A DNA stretch of 64,000 nucleotides, from the NCBI GenBank assembly GCA_963753435.1, contig CAVWCF010000001.1:1216001-1280000 (forward strand). The letters run 5' to 3'. Shown piece by piece: positions 44,089 through 52,661 of this stretch; the stretch's first letter is position 1; the number at the start of each line of letters is the position of its first letter. The translations under genes and the position numbers were made by a program. The notes below the pieces were generated by a model that was given only the letters and a program-made list of their open reading frames with translations, was not told where the DNA came from and searched no databases. Source of the stretch: an uncultured Actinomycetota bacterium (GTDB lineage Bacteria > Actinomycetota > Actinomycetes > CAVWCF01).

Positions 44089-44211
44089 GGTTGCCACCTC
44101 CCCAGATTTCATATCCGTAGCAGTGCAAGCCTGACAGGTTTGCTCACCGGATTCCGGGACCTAGGACCGGACTTCATTGGGTATGTCGGCCCGCACTTGG
44201 CTCCGAAGGAC

Positions 44212-44319
44212 TCAGGACGCGACGACAACGAGCGTGCTGAGGAGCACCACGCCCAGCATCGCCACGATCGCGATGACGGCCCACCGCTTCTGCCGGTCGC
44301 GGTCGTTGAAGAACGACAT
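44212..44319 (-). CDS. 35-aa single-TM small protein, not in the ORF track
   Basis: MSFFNDRDRQKRWAVIAIVAMLGVVLLSTLVVVAS*; TAAGGT 6 nt upstream. Confidence 0.6.
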   Translation of the reverse strand: MSFFNDRDRQKRWAVIAIVAMLGVVLLSTLVVVAS

Positions 44320-44487
44320 GGCCCGACCTTACTGAACCGACCTTGCCAATGGCGCAAACGCGACACAGCGCCAGCAAGTACACGAGAAGTCAGCGTGGAT
44401 GCTTCGGTCAATGCTTGAGTAGCGCCGCCATCGCAGCATCCCAGCCCGGGCCGCTGCCTGAACAAGTCTCGAAGGGCGGTGCTGCGG

Positions 44488-45927
44488 ATGCCAACCCAAC
44501 GGGTCAAGCATCTAACTGAGTCGGAGCGGAGCGCGCGAGGTGCGGAGGCCCGCAGCCGGGTTCCTGCGGACAGCCACCGCCGCTGGGTCCCAGCGGCGGA
44601 CAGGGTGGATCCGGTCAGCATCATCCAGGCGCAGGACGCCACGCGCGATCAGGACTTGGTGCCAGTTCGACACGGGCGCATGTCGCTTTCGCCTTTCGCG
44701 TTCTTCCGCGGCTCGGCCGCGATCATGGCCGCGGACCTGGGCGAGACACCACGAGCCGGCCTCAACGCCCAGCTGTGCGGGGATGCGCACCTGGCCAACT
44801 TCGGGTTGTTCGGGTCACCGGAGCGCCGCCTGCTCTTCGATCTGAACGATTTCGACGAGACCCTGCCCGGCCCAGTCGAGTTCGACCTCAAACGGTTGTG
44901 CGCCAGCCTGGTCGTGGCGTCTCGCCACAATGGCTTCACGGACGCCGACGCGGTCCAGAGCGCCAGGGCCGCCAGTCGTGCCTACCGGCACGCGATGCGG
45001 GACTTCGCCAAGCTCACAAGTTTGGAGGTCTGGTACGCATCGCTGGACATGGAGCGGATCCAGGAGTCCGTCCGCACCTACACCCGCGACGTGGAGTCGA
45101 GAAGCAAAGACCAGGACGTCCGGGATAGGGCCCGGCTGGCACGGCAAAAGGCCAAGGCGTCGGAGCGCAAGGCCCGGGGCCGGACCGGGCTTCAAGCGCA
45201 AGCGAAACTGACTGAGTTGGTGGACGGTGCCCGCCGCATCATCCACGACCCGCCACTGGTGGTGCCGGCTCGGGAGCTTCCACGGCTCTACGGACTCAGC
45301 GCCGACGAACTGAGACTCGCAGTGCAGGAACAATTCCGCGGCTACCGGCGCACGCTTAGCCCGGATCGCCGACTGCTGCTCGAGCGCTATCGATTCGTCG
45401 ATCTGGCTCGCAAGGTCGTGGGCGTAGGCAGCGTCGGCACGAGGGCGTTCATCGTGCTGCTGCAAGGGGCCGCCGATGACGACGTTCTCTTCCTGCAAGT
45501 CAAGGAGGCGCAGACGTCCGTGCTGGAGCCCGTGGTGGGCAAGAGCCAGTACCGCACTTCCGGGGAACGAGTCGTTCAGGGGCAACGGCTCATGCAAGCT
45601 GCCAGCGACATCTTCCTTGGCTGGACGACCGGCAAAGCCGACGGCCGGCACTACTACTGGCGGCAACTGCGGGACATGAAGGGCTCAGCCGACATCGAGA
45701 ACCTGCGGCCAGAAGGGATGCGCTTCTACGGCGAAACCTGCGCTTGGACGCTGGCCCGGGCCCACGCTCGCTCGGGCGATGCCGTGGCCCTGGCCGCCTA
45801 CGCCAAGGGAAAGGGGTTCGACGACGCCCTGGCCGACTTCGCCAATCGGTACGCCGACCAGAACGAACGCGACTTTGCGGCGTTCACGAAGGCAATTGAT
45901 TCTGGACGGCTGGTAGCGCAGGCCTGA
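44488..45927 (+). CDS. DUF2252 family (kinase-like fold) protein
   Basis: FFRGSA, CGDAHLANFG, DLNDFDE, KVVGVGSVG, RQLRDMK. Confidence 0.9.
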   Translation: MPTQRVKHLTESERSARGAEARSRVPADSHRRWVPAADRVDPVSIIQAQDATRDQDLVPVRHGRMSLSPFAFFRGSAAIMAADLGETPRAGLNAQLCGDAHLANFGLFGSPERRLLFDLNDFDETLPGPVEFDLKRLCASLVVASRHNGFTDADAVQSARAASRAYRHAMRDFAKLTSLEVWYASLDMERIQESVRTYTRDVESRSKDQDVRDRARLARQKAKASERKARGRTGLQAQAKLTELVDGARRIIHDPPLVVPARELPRLYGLSADELRLAVQEQFRGYRRTLSPDRRLLLERYRFVDLARKVVGVGSVGTRAFIVLLQGAADDDVLFLQVKEAQTSVLEPVVGKSQYRTSGERVVQGQRLMQAASDIFLGWTTGKADGRHYYWRQLRDMKGSADIENLRPEGMRFYGETCAWTLARAHARSGDAVALAAYAKGKGFDDALADFANRYADQNERDFAAFTKAIDSGRLVAQA

Positions 45928-45972
45928 CCCACGCGGGACGGCCGAACGGTGGCGTGGAGGCACGGAGGGGCG

Positions 45973-46815
45973 ATGAGTGAACCTGGGCAGATTCGGGGCC
46001 TGTCCGTAGTGGTGACGGGCAACACCCGGGGCTTCGGCCTGGCCGCAACGACGCTGCTGGCGCGCCTCGGGGCGCGAGTGGTTCTGTCGGGACCCGACCG
46101 CGCCGAGAGCGAGCGGGAGGCCGGCAAACTGCGCGACGCGGGCGCTGCTGCAGTCGCAGCCGACGGCGACGTGACCGATCCCGAACAGGTGGCTGCCCTG
46201 GCTGCGACCGCTGTCCACGAATTCGGCGGACTGGACGTGTGGGTCAACAACGCCGCCTTCGATACGCCCGGGATGGCGCGAACGCTGGAGTTCGACCCGT
46301 CAGTCGTGCCCGGGGTCACGGCGGTGAACATCCTCGGTACCTACTACGGCAGTCGCGCAGCCCTGGAGGTGATGGTCCCGCAGGGCCGCGGACTGCTGGT
46401 GAATGTGACCGGCCGCGGCGACGATCTCCGCCCGGCCAGGTACACCTCCGCATATGCGGCGTCCAAGGCCTGGATCCGCTCCTTCACCCGCACCGTTGCC
46501 GCGGAGTATGCGGACTCCGGCGTCCACATCGTGGCTTTCAACCCCGGGATGATGACGACGGGTCGGCTCACGACCGACGCGACCGACTCCGTGCTGGCCG
46601 ACGAGCGGACCATGCGGCTATACGGGTTCATCACACGGGCCATGGCTGACCCACCCGAGGTTGCCGCGAACCGGCTCGCCCGGATGGTGGCCGATGCTCA
46701 GGATGGCGACGTGCCCGGCGAGGTCCGACTGATCACGCCAAGCCGCGTCGTTCGAGGTTTGCTGTCCGAAGGAAGGCGCGCAGCCAGAACCGGCAGCAGG
46801 GTCGTGGAGCGCTAG
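45973..46815 (+). CDS. Classical SDR, NOL/NYC1 (chlorophyll b reductase)-like
   Basis: TGNTRGFG, DVWVNNA, NVTGRGDDLRP, YAASK, PGMMTT, ADPPEVAA. Confidence 0.8.
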   Translation: MSEPGQIRGLSVVVTGNTRGFGLAATTLLARLGARVVLSGPDRAESEREAGKLRDAGAAAVAADGDVTDPEQVAALAATAVHEFGGLDVWVNNAAFDTPGMARTLEFDPSVVPGVTAVNILGTYYGSRAALEVMVPQGRGLLVNVTGRGDDLRPARYTSAYAASKAWIRSFTRTVAAEYADSGVHIVAFNPGMMTTGRLTTDATDSVLADERTMRLYGFITRAMADPPEVAANRLARMVADAQDGDVPGEVRLITPSRVVRGLLSEGRRAARTGSRVVER

Positions 46816-47798
46816 TCGTTGAGGTCAGCCCGCCACACGTCGTTGTCCTGTGGCCAAGGCGACAGCACCTCGCGGTCGCCGCCGAAGGTCCACAGGGCAC
46901 CTTCGCGGACTTCAAGCAGGAAGTCGCTCTTGCCGGGCAGACCGCCAGGGGTGCCCGCGCCCCATGCCGACTCGCTGACCAGGTTCCAGCCATCCATGCT
47001 GTCTGCGCTCGCGACCGGGTCCCAGGCCCAGACGTCGCTGGCCAGGAACTGTCGCCAGCGCTGCCCCTTCGGTCCGCGGACGTGTCCGCCGATCACGTAG
47101 ACCACACCATCAACGACCGCCGCCTGGTGCCCCGTGCGGGGAGCCCAAGGAGCGTGCCCAAGCAGTTCCCAGGACTCGCCCCGGTCCCGGGAACGCCAGA
47201 CGTCGTTGCGCCGGCCATCCCACGACGGCTGGAACACGGGCCGGTCGTGATCGCCGCCCATGAAGTAGAGCGTCTCGCCGATGCTGACCACCTGCATGCC
47301 GGCACGAGCCATGTCCTCGGGCAACTGGGCCCGCAGGGACCAGGTCTCGCCCAGGTCCGGGCTGACCCACAACTCCGGGTAGAAGATGCGTTTGACGGAG
47401 TTGCGGGCCCCGGCGAACAACAGGAGTTCGTCCCCGAGCATGTGCGTGTGGTGCCCGGCGCGCACGCCCCAGGGAGCATCGGCACAGACCTGCTCCCAGC
47501 TACGGCCCTCGTCCCCGGAACGCCAGACGTCGTTGTAGAAGGTGCGCAGATCCTGACCGGCGATGAGCAGGATCTGCCCGTCTGCGATCTCCACTTCCGG
47601 GTAGCACCGCTTGCCCCAGCCGGGTTTGTCCGACATCAACTCCCAGTGCACACCGTCCGGGCTGCGCCACGTGTCACTGAAGACCTTCGAAGGGCCGGCC
47701 CGTCCGGACAGCAGGTAGAAGTGGCCATCGAGTTGACCCCCGCGCGGCATCGCCCGCTTGCCCCACGCCGACCTTGCCTGCAACCGGGTCCACCGCAT
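46812..47798 (-). CDS. Kelch-like/Asp-box beta-propeller protein
   Basis: Repeated DVWRSxDxGxxW and WxxR units, about six repeats. Confidence 0.8.
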   Translation of the reverse strand: MRWTRLQARSAWGKRAMPRGGQLDGHFYLLSGRAGPSKVFSDTWRSPDGVHWELMSDKPGWGKRCYPEVEIADGQILLIAGQDLRTFYNDVWRSGDEGRSWEQVCADAPWGVRAGHHTHMLGDELLLFAGARNSVKRIFYPELWVSPDLGETWSLRAQLPEDMARAGMQVVSIGETLYFMGGDHDRPVFQPSWDGRRNDVWRSRDRGESWELLGHAPWAPRTGHQAAVVDGVVYVIGGHVRGPKGQRWRQFLASDVWAWDPVASADSMDGWNLVSESAWGAGTPGGLPGKSDFLLEVREGALWTFGGDREVLSPWPQDNDVWRADLND

Positions 47799-47843
47799 GA
47801 GGCGCGACTCTAACTAGCGCAAGCACGACCCCGAGCCAAATGC

Positions 47844-48491
47844 TCAAAGGCAGGTGGCGTCACCCCCGGGGAACAGTTGATCCCCGGCGTCGGCATCGTC
47901 AACGACACCCAGAACCAGAGGTGTCGCGGCAGTCACCTCGCCTCCTAAGAAGTCCACAAACTGCGTGGTCGATCCGGCCGCAGCAGCGCTCTCCAGACCA
48001 GTGAACGTGAACTGGCCGTCAGCGCTAGAAGGACCGCCGGGGCCAGCGCCCCAAGCGCCGCCACCTTCCGTCCCGCCCTTGCGGAACTGACCGGACCCCG
48101 GTGTAGCGCTGACGACGACCTGGATGCGGGACCTGGTCGGGGTCTCGAGGCTGTTCACCAGACGCAAAGTGATCCGGGTAACGGTGCCGCCTGACTCCTG
48201 CCCTATCGGTGTGATTGACGCGACCGACACGGCAACCGCATCGGTCGGCGGACACACCTCGCCGGTCGGGCTCGGGCTGCCGGACGCCGCCGAAGTACCG
48301 GCCGGATCATCTGCCGAGGCAGGCGCCGGGGACGACTGCCCTGGTTCGGCAGTTGCGCCCGCCGCACCCGATCCATCAGCAGTACAGGCGGACAGCGCCA
48401 GCAGCACGGACAGAGCCAACCCAGATGCATGAACTCCAGCGATCATCGGCTCATCCCTGCCTCGCACCGGAACAGCAAGAGAAGTAGACAC
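47844..48491 (-). CDS. Hypothetical lipoprotein
   Basis: LLALSAC lipobox, Pro/Ser/Ala linker; start uncertain. Confidence 0.55.
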   Translation of the reverse strand: MSTSLAVPVRGRDEPMIAGVHASGLALSVLLALSACTADGSGAAGATAEPGQSSPAPASADDPAGTSAASGSPSPTGEVCPPTDAVAVSVASITPIGQESGGTVTRITLRLVNSLETPTRSRIQVVVSATPGSGQFRKGGTEGGGAWGAGPGGPSSADGQFTFTGLESAAAAGSTTQFVDFLGGEVTAATPLVLGVVDDADAGDQLFPGGDATCL

Positions 48492-48574
48492 CCGCTAGCG
48501 GGCCGGGGGGCGTCAATCCCCCATCCGGACTCGTTTCCAGATGGGGTCTCCAGGCTGAGCTGCTGGGCGCACGG

Positions 48575-48647
48575 AGCCGCCTATCGGAATCGAACCGATG
48601 ACCTACGCATTACGAGTGCGTCGCTCTACCAACTGAGCTAAGGCGGC
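48575..48647 (-). tRNA. tRNA-Thr(CGT)
   Basis: GCCGCCT/AGGCGGC acceptor stem, TAGCTCAGTTGGTAGAGC D arm, CTCGTAA anticodon loop, GGTTCGATTCC. Confidence 0.97.
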
Positions 48648-48780
48648 CTGCGCCCGCAGGCGCGGTCGCGAAGCATACCTGCGAACAGGTAGTGCCAATT
48701 CGGTCGATATCCGGCCCGGATCGAACCCGGTGAACCTAGTTCGGCGACGTCGGCCGCAATGGCTCAAGTGGCCGAGCCGA

Positions 48781-49212
48781 CTAGCCCGCGCCTGACTCCC
48801 CGGGCGCAGCCGAACGCAGCATGCAGGTGAGCCGTGCGGTGCAGATCCGTCGATCCTGCTCATCCGTCACGACGATGTCGTAGGAAGCCAGGTTGCTCCC
48901 CTCGGACAGCGGAGTGGCGACCCCGGTGACTACCCCGCTGCGGGCAGCGCGGTGATGGGCGGCCGATACCTCCACGCCAACGGCAACCCGATCCGGACCC
49001 GCGTGCAGGGCTGCTGCCAGGGACCCGAGTGACTCGGCCAAGACAACCGAAGCCCCGCCATGAAGGAGCCCATAGGGCTGGGTGTTCCCGGCGACGGGCA
49101 TACGACCAACGACCCGGCCCGGCTTCGCCTCAACGATCTCAATGCCCATGCGCTCCATGAGCGTTCCATCCGTGGAGATACCCAACCCGGCGAATACCCC
49201 GTCAGCAGCCAT
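48781..49212 (-). CDS. PaaI/hotdog-fold thioesterase (MenI-like)
   Basis: NTQPYGLLHGGASVVLAE. Confidence 0.9.
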   Translation of the reverse strand: MAADGVFAGLGISTDGTLMERMGIEIVEAKPGRVVGRMPVAGNTQPYGLLHGGASVVLAESLGSLAAALHAGPDRVAVGVEVSAAHHRAARSGVVTGVATPLSEGSNLASYDIVVTDEQDRRICTARLTCMLRSAAPGESGAG

Positions 49213-49238
49213 GGGCCGAGCCTAAGTGCGGCTCAGAA

Positions 49239-50834
49239 TCAGGTGCAGACGGTGTCAGCCGGCGGCAAAGCGCCGGTCAACAGGTACTCGTCAACTGCGT
49301 CGTCGATGCACCTGCTGCCACGGGTGTACGCCGTGTGCCCGTCGCCGTCGTACGTGAGCAGTGAACCGGACTCCAGTTGATCGGCCAGGTTGATCGACCA
49401 TTGATACGGCGTGGCCGGGTCCCGGGTCGTGCCCACCACCAAGATCGGTTCCGCCCCCGCCGCCGTGATCGGGGCCGGCAGCGACTCCCCACGAACCGGC
49501 CAGTTGATGCAGGACAGGCCACCCCAGGCGATGTACTCACCGAACCGCGGTGACACGGCCGCGAACTCCACCGCGTCGGCACGGATGCTGTTCAGATCGC
49601 CGGACTGGGGTCGGTCCAGGCAGTTGACCGCCACGATGACCTCGTTGGCGTTGTTCGCGTAGCTGCCGTCCTCCTGCCGGTCGGCGTAGATGTCCGCCAG
49701 GGCCAACAGCAGGCCACCATCGCCATCGAAGGCGTTCGCCAAGGCGTCGCGCAGAATCGGCCAACCGGAGGTCTCGTCGTACATGGCGGTGATGACGCCG
49801 AGCACGACCAGCGATTCGGTGACCGGGCGACCCGACTGCGACGACAGCGGCTGCCGATCCGCGGCCGCGAACAGGTCCTCGATCTGCTGCAAAGCCGCCG
49901 ACTTGGGTTCGACGAGCGGGCAGTCGCTGCGGGTGTAGCAGTCGTCGATGAACGCCGCCAGGGCCTGCTCGAAGCCGACCGCCTGCGTCTTGCCGACCTC
50001 GCGGCCGGGAACGGCGGGATCTACCGCGCCGTCCAGCACCAAGCGGCCCACCCGCTCCGGGAACAAGCCGGCGTAGGTGGCCCCGAGGAAGGTTCCGTAG
50101 GAGGCCCCGAAGTAGTGCAGTTGGGCGTCGCCGACCACCGCTCGGATGATGTCCATGTCGCGAGCGGCGTCCTTGGTGCCGATGTGCGGAAGCAGGCGGG
50201 CGCCCTGGGCCTGACAGCCGTCGATGAAGTTCAGCGTGATGGCGACCGCGCCCTGCTCCTCCTCCGGCGTGTCCGGGGACCCGTCGAAGGCAAGAAGCTC
50301 ATCCAGCTCAGCATCGTCGATGCATTCGAGTGGCTCACTGGAGCCGACCCCGCGCGGATCGAACCCGACGATGTCGTACGCCGCGCGGATCTGCCTGGTG
50401 ACGATGCGGTCGGCCGCCGCGGCGTACTCGAGGCCGCTCGAACCAGGTCCACCCGGGTTCACCAGCAGGGAGCCGATCCGCGCGTCCGGGTCGTCGGCGG
50501 GGCGCCGATTGACCTGCAACTGGAGGCTGCCGGCACCCGGGTCGTCGTAGTCCAATGGCACCTCGACGGCTGCGCAGAAGAACCCGTCGCCGCAGTCGGA
50601 CCATTCCGGCGTCTGCGTGTAGAAGGCGGTCAAGTCCGCAGGAGCACTGGCGGTGGCCGCCGGGTTGGGCGACGGCGACGCCGACTCGGCCTGCGTCGAG
50701 CCCAGCGTGCAGCCGCTGAGGAGCAGCGCCGCCCCGACCGCCAGCGCAGCCGACTTGGTGAGCACGTGAACTCCTTCGCGGTGACCGGGCTGCCGAAGCA
50801 TTCGACGGCGCAGGTCCGTCATCGGATCCATCAT
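49239..50834 (-). CDS. Lipoprotein alpha/beta hydrolase (TAP/Hip1-like protease)
   Basis: LSGC lipobox, NPGGPG, GASYG, RDPATP, GHTAY. Confidence 0.9.
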   Translation of the reverse strand: MMDPMTDLRRRMLRQPGHREGVHVLTKSAALAVGAALLLSGCTLGSTQAESASPSPNPAATASAPADLTAFYTQTPEWSDCGDGFFCAAVEVPLDYDDPGAGSLQLQVNRRPADDPDARIGSLLVNPGGPGSSGLEYAAAADRIVTRQIRAAYDIVGFDPRGVGSSEPLECIDDAELDELLAFDGSPDTPEEEQGAVAITLNFIDGCQAQGARLLPHIGTKDAARDMDIIRAVVGDAQLHYFGASYGTFLGATYAGLFPERVGRLVLDGAVDPAVPGREVGKTQAVGFEQALAAFIDDCYTRSDCPLVEPKSAALQQIEDLFAAADRQPLSSQSGRPVTESLVVLGVITAMYDETSGWPILRDALANAFDGDGGLLLALADIYADRQEDGSYANNANEVIVAVNCLDRPQSGDLNSIRADAVEFAAVSPRFGEYIAWGGLSCINWPVRGESLPAPITAAGAEPILVVGTTRDPATPYQWSINLADQLESGSLLTYDGDGHTAYTRGSRCIDDAVDEYLLTGALPPADTVCT

Positions 50835-52015
50835 GCGTTCACCCGTCGTGGCGAAGTGGCCCGCGCCAGCGCCACCGCCATCGACTCCAGCACCAACTGC
50901 TCATTCGCTTCGGTCTCGCGCAGGGCGGTGCGCGCCGCGGTGACGGCGTCGATGCGCCGCAAGGTGGCCTCCGGGGTGCTGTCCCGCGCGGTGTCGGCGG
51001 CCTCACGGCTCAAGTCGGCGTGCACCGCCTCCTGGCCGGTGGACAACTGCAGCGCCAGGACGTCGCGGTAGAACGCGAGAACGTCCAGCAAAGCCAGGTC
51101 GATGCTGTCCCGGCGCAACCGCTTGCGACGCGCGGCATGGTCCTTCTTCAACTGGTCCAACGGCCCCTTGGCGCCACGGGGCAGGCGCGTGCTGCCCGCT
51201 AGTACGCCCAGCGACGCGGAGAGGTCCGCGACTTCCTGCTCCTCCCGCGGGGCACTGACCAAGTCCGCCTCTTCGCTGGCGGCCTCGACCAGGTTCGCCG
51301 CGACGTCCAAGCAGTCGCCAAGTCGGTCCAGGTGCAGCGGCAGTCGCAGCACCTCCGCCCGCCGCAGCCGGGCACCCTCATCCGTCGCCAGCCGCCGCGC
51401 CCGCCCCACGTGTCCCTGGCACGCCCGGGCCACGAAAGCGGCCATGGCCGGATCGACCTGATCTCGGCGCACCAGGATCTCGGCCACCTCGCCCGCGGTC
51501 GGGGTGCGCAGGCGAATATGGCGGCAACGCGACTGCAGCGTTGGCAGCAGGTCCTCGGTGCTCGGGGCAGCCAGCAGCCAGACCGTCCGCGGTGGGGGTT
51601 CCTCCAGCATCTTGAGCAGCGCGCTGGCAGCGGAGTCGTTGAGCCGGTCCGCGTCCTCGATGCTGATGACGTTCCAGCGGCCATCCGCCGGAGCACGCGC
51701 GGCCCACGCCGTCGCCTCGCGCACCTGCGCCACCTGGATCTGCGACTTCTCCGTGTAAACGTTTCGTACGTCCGGATGCGTTCCAGCCAGCACGGTCCGG
51801 CAGGCGGCGCACTCCCCGCAGCCATGCTCGCGGCACTGCAGAGCCGCCGCCAAAGCTCGCGCCGCGGTGGTGCGACCGGATCCCGGCGGTCCGGTGAACA
51901 GCCAGGCATGCGTCATGGCCGGTCCGGGCTCGGCCGCATCAGCGGCGTCGCGAACGGCTGCGACCAGGCTCTCGATGACCGCCTGCTGGCCAACCAGCGA
52001 ATCAAAGACGCTCAC
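50831..52015 (-). CDS. holB: DNA polymerase III delta' subunit
   Basis: HAWLFTGPPGSG, zinc Cys cluster, LLKMLEEP, SRC. Confidence 0.95.
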   Translation of the reverse strand: MSVFDSLVGQQAVIESLVAAVRDAADAAEPGPAMTHAWLFTGPPGSGRTTAARALAAALQCREHGCGECAACRTVLAGTHPDVRNVYTEKSQIQVAQVREATAWAARAPADGRWNVISIEDADRLNDSAASALLKMLEEPPPRTVWLLAAPSTEDLLPTLQSRCRHIRLRTPTAGEVAEILVRRDQVDPAMAAFVARACQGHVGRARRLATDEGARLRRAEVLRLPLHLDRLGDCLDVAANLVEAASEEADLVSAPREEQEVADLSASLGVLAGSTRLPRGAKGPLDQLKKDHAARRKRLRRDSIDLALLDVLAFYRDVLALQLSTGQEAVHADLSREAADTARDSTPEATLRRIDAVTAARTALRETEANEQLVLESMAVALARATSPRRVNA

Positions 52016-52635
52016 CGGGCCACCCGGGCCGACACGGCCGCGTAGGCGGCCTCGGCGATCTCGTCCGCCGGTCGCGCAGCATCCAGAACCACATAGCGGT
52101 TCGGGTCACTGGCCGCCAGTGCCAAGAAGTGTTGCCGCACCCGGTTGTGGAACTGCAGTGGTTCCGCCTCCAACCGGTCCGTTTCCCCAGCCGCTCGTTG
52201 CAGGCCGGTGACTGGGTCGACATCGAGCAGGACGGTGAGGTCCGGAAGCAGCCCATCGGTTGCCCATTCGGACAGGTTGCGGATCTCGTCCACGGACAAC
52301 TCCCGACCGGCCCCTTGGTAGGCGATCGAGGAGTCCATGTACCGGTCGGTCAGCACCACCGCGCCGCGCCGCAGCGCTGGCCGAACCAGCGTGTCCACGT
52401 GCTGGGCGCGGTCGGCGGCGAACAACAGGGCCTCGGCGCGCGGTGCCAGCCCGTCGGTGTCCCGACTCAAGAGCACCTGGCGGATCGCCGCCCCCACGAC
52501 CGTGTCCCCCGGCTCGAAGGTGGTGACCACCTCGCGGCCGTCCGCACGCAACCGCTGCGCAACCCGGCTGATCTGGGTCGACTTGCCCGACCCCTCCCCG
52601 CCTTCGAAGGCAACGAAAAGGCCCGGCTCGGTCAC
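52012..52635 (-). CDS. tmk: Thymidylate kinase
   Basis: FEGGEGSGKST, DRYMDSSIAYQG. Confidence 0.97.
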   Translation of the reverse strand: MTEPGLFVAFEGGEGSGKSTQISRVAQRLRADGREVVTTFEPGDTVVGAAIRQVLLSRDTDGLAPRAEALLFAADRAQHVDTLVRPALRRGAVVLTDRYMDSSIAYQGAGRELSVDEIRNLSEWATDGLLPDLTVLLDVDPVTGLQRAAGETDRLEAEPLQFHNRVRQHFLALAASDPNRYVVLDAARPADEIAEAAYAAVSARVAR

Positions 52636-52661
52636 GCACGCACCCTAGGCGAGGGTGGCGA

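Noticed and set aside
35580-46815. Evidence of phototrophy from chlorophyll-enzyme-like genes
   Set aside because: No chelatase, DPOR, reaction-centre or antenna genes in the window, and the BciA-like active site is divergent.
35580-48572. Intact integrative element or prophage at tRNA-Thr
   Set aside because: No integrase, transposase, phage gene or att duplication seen.
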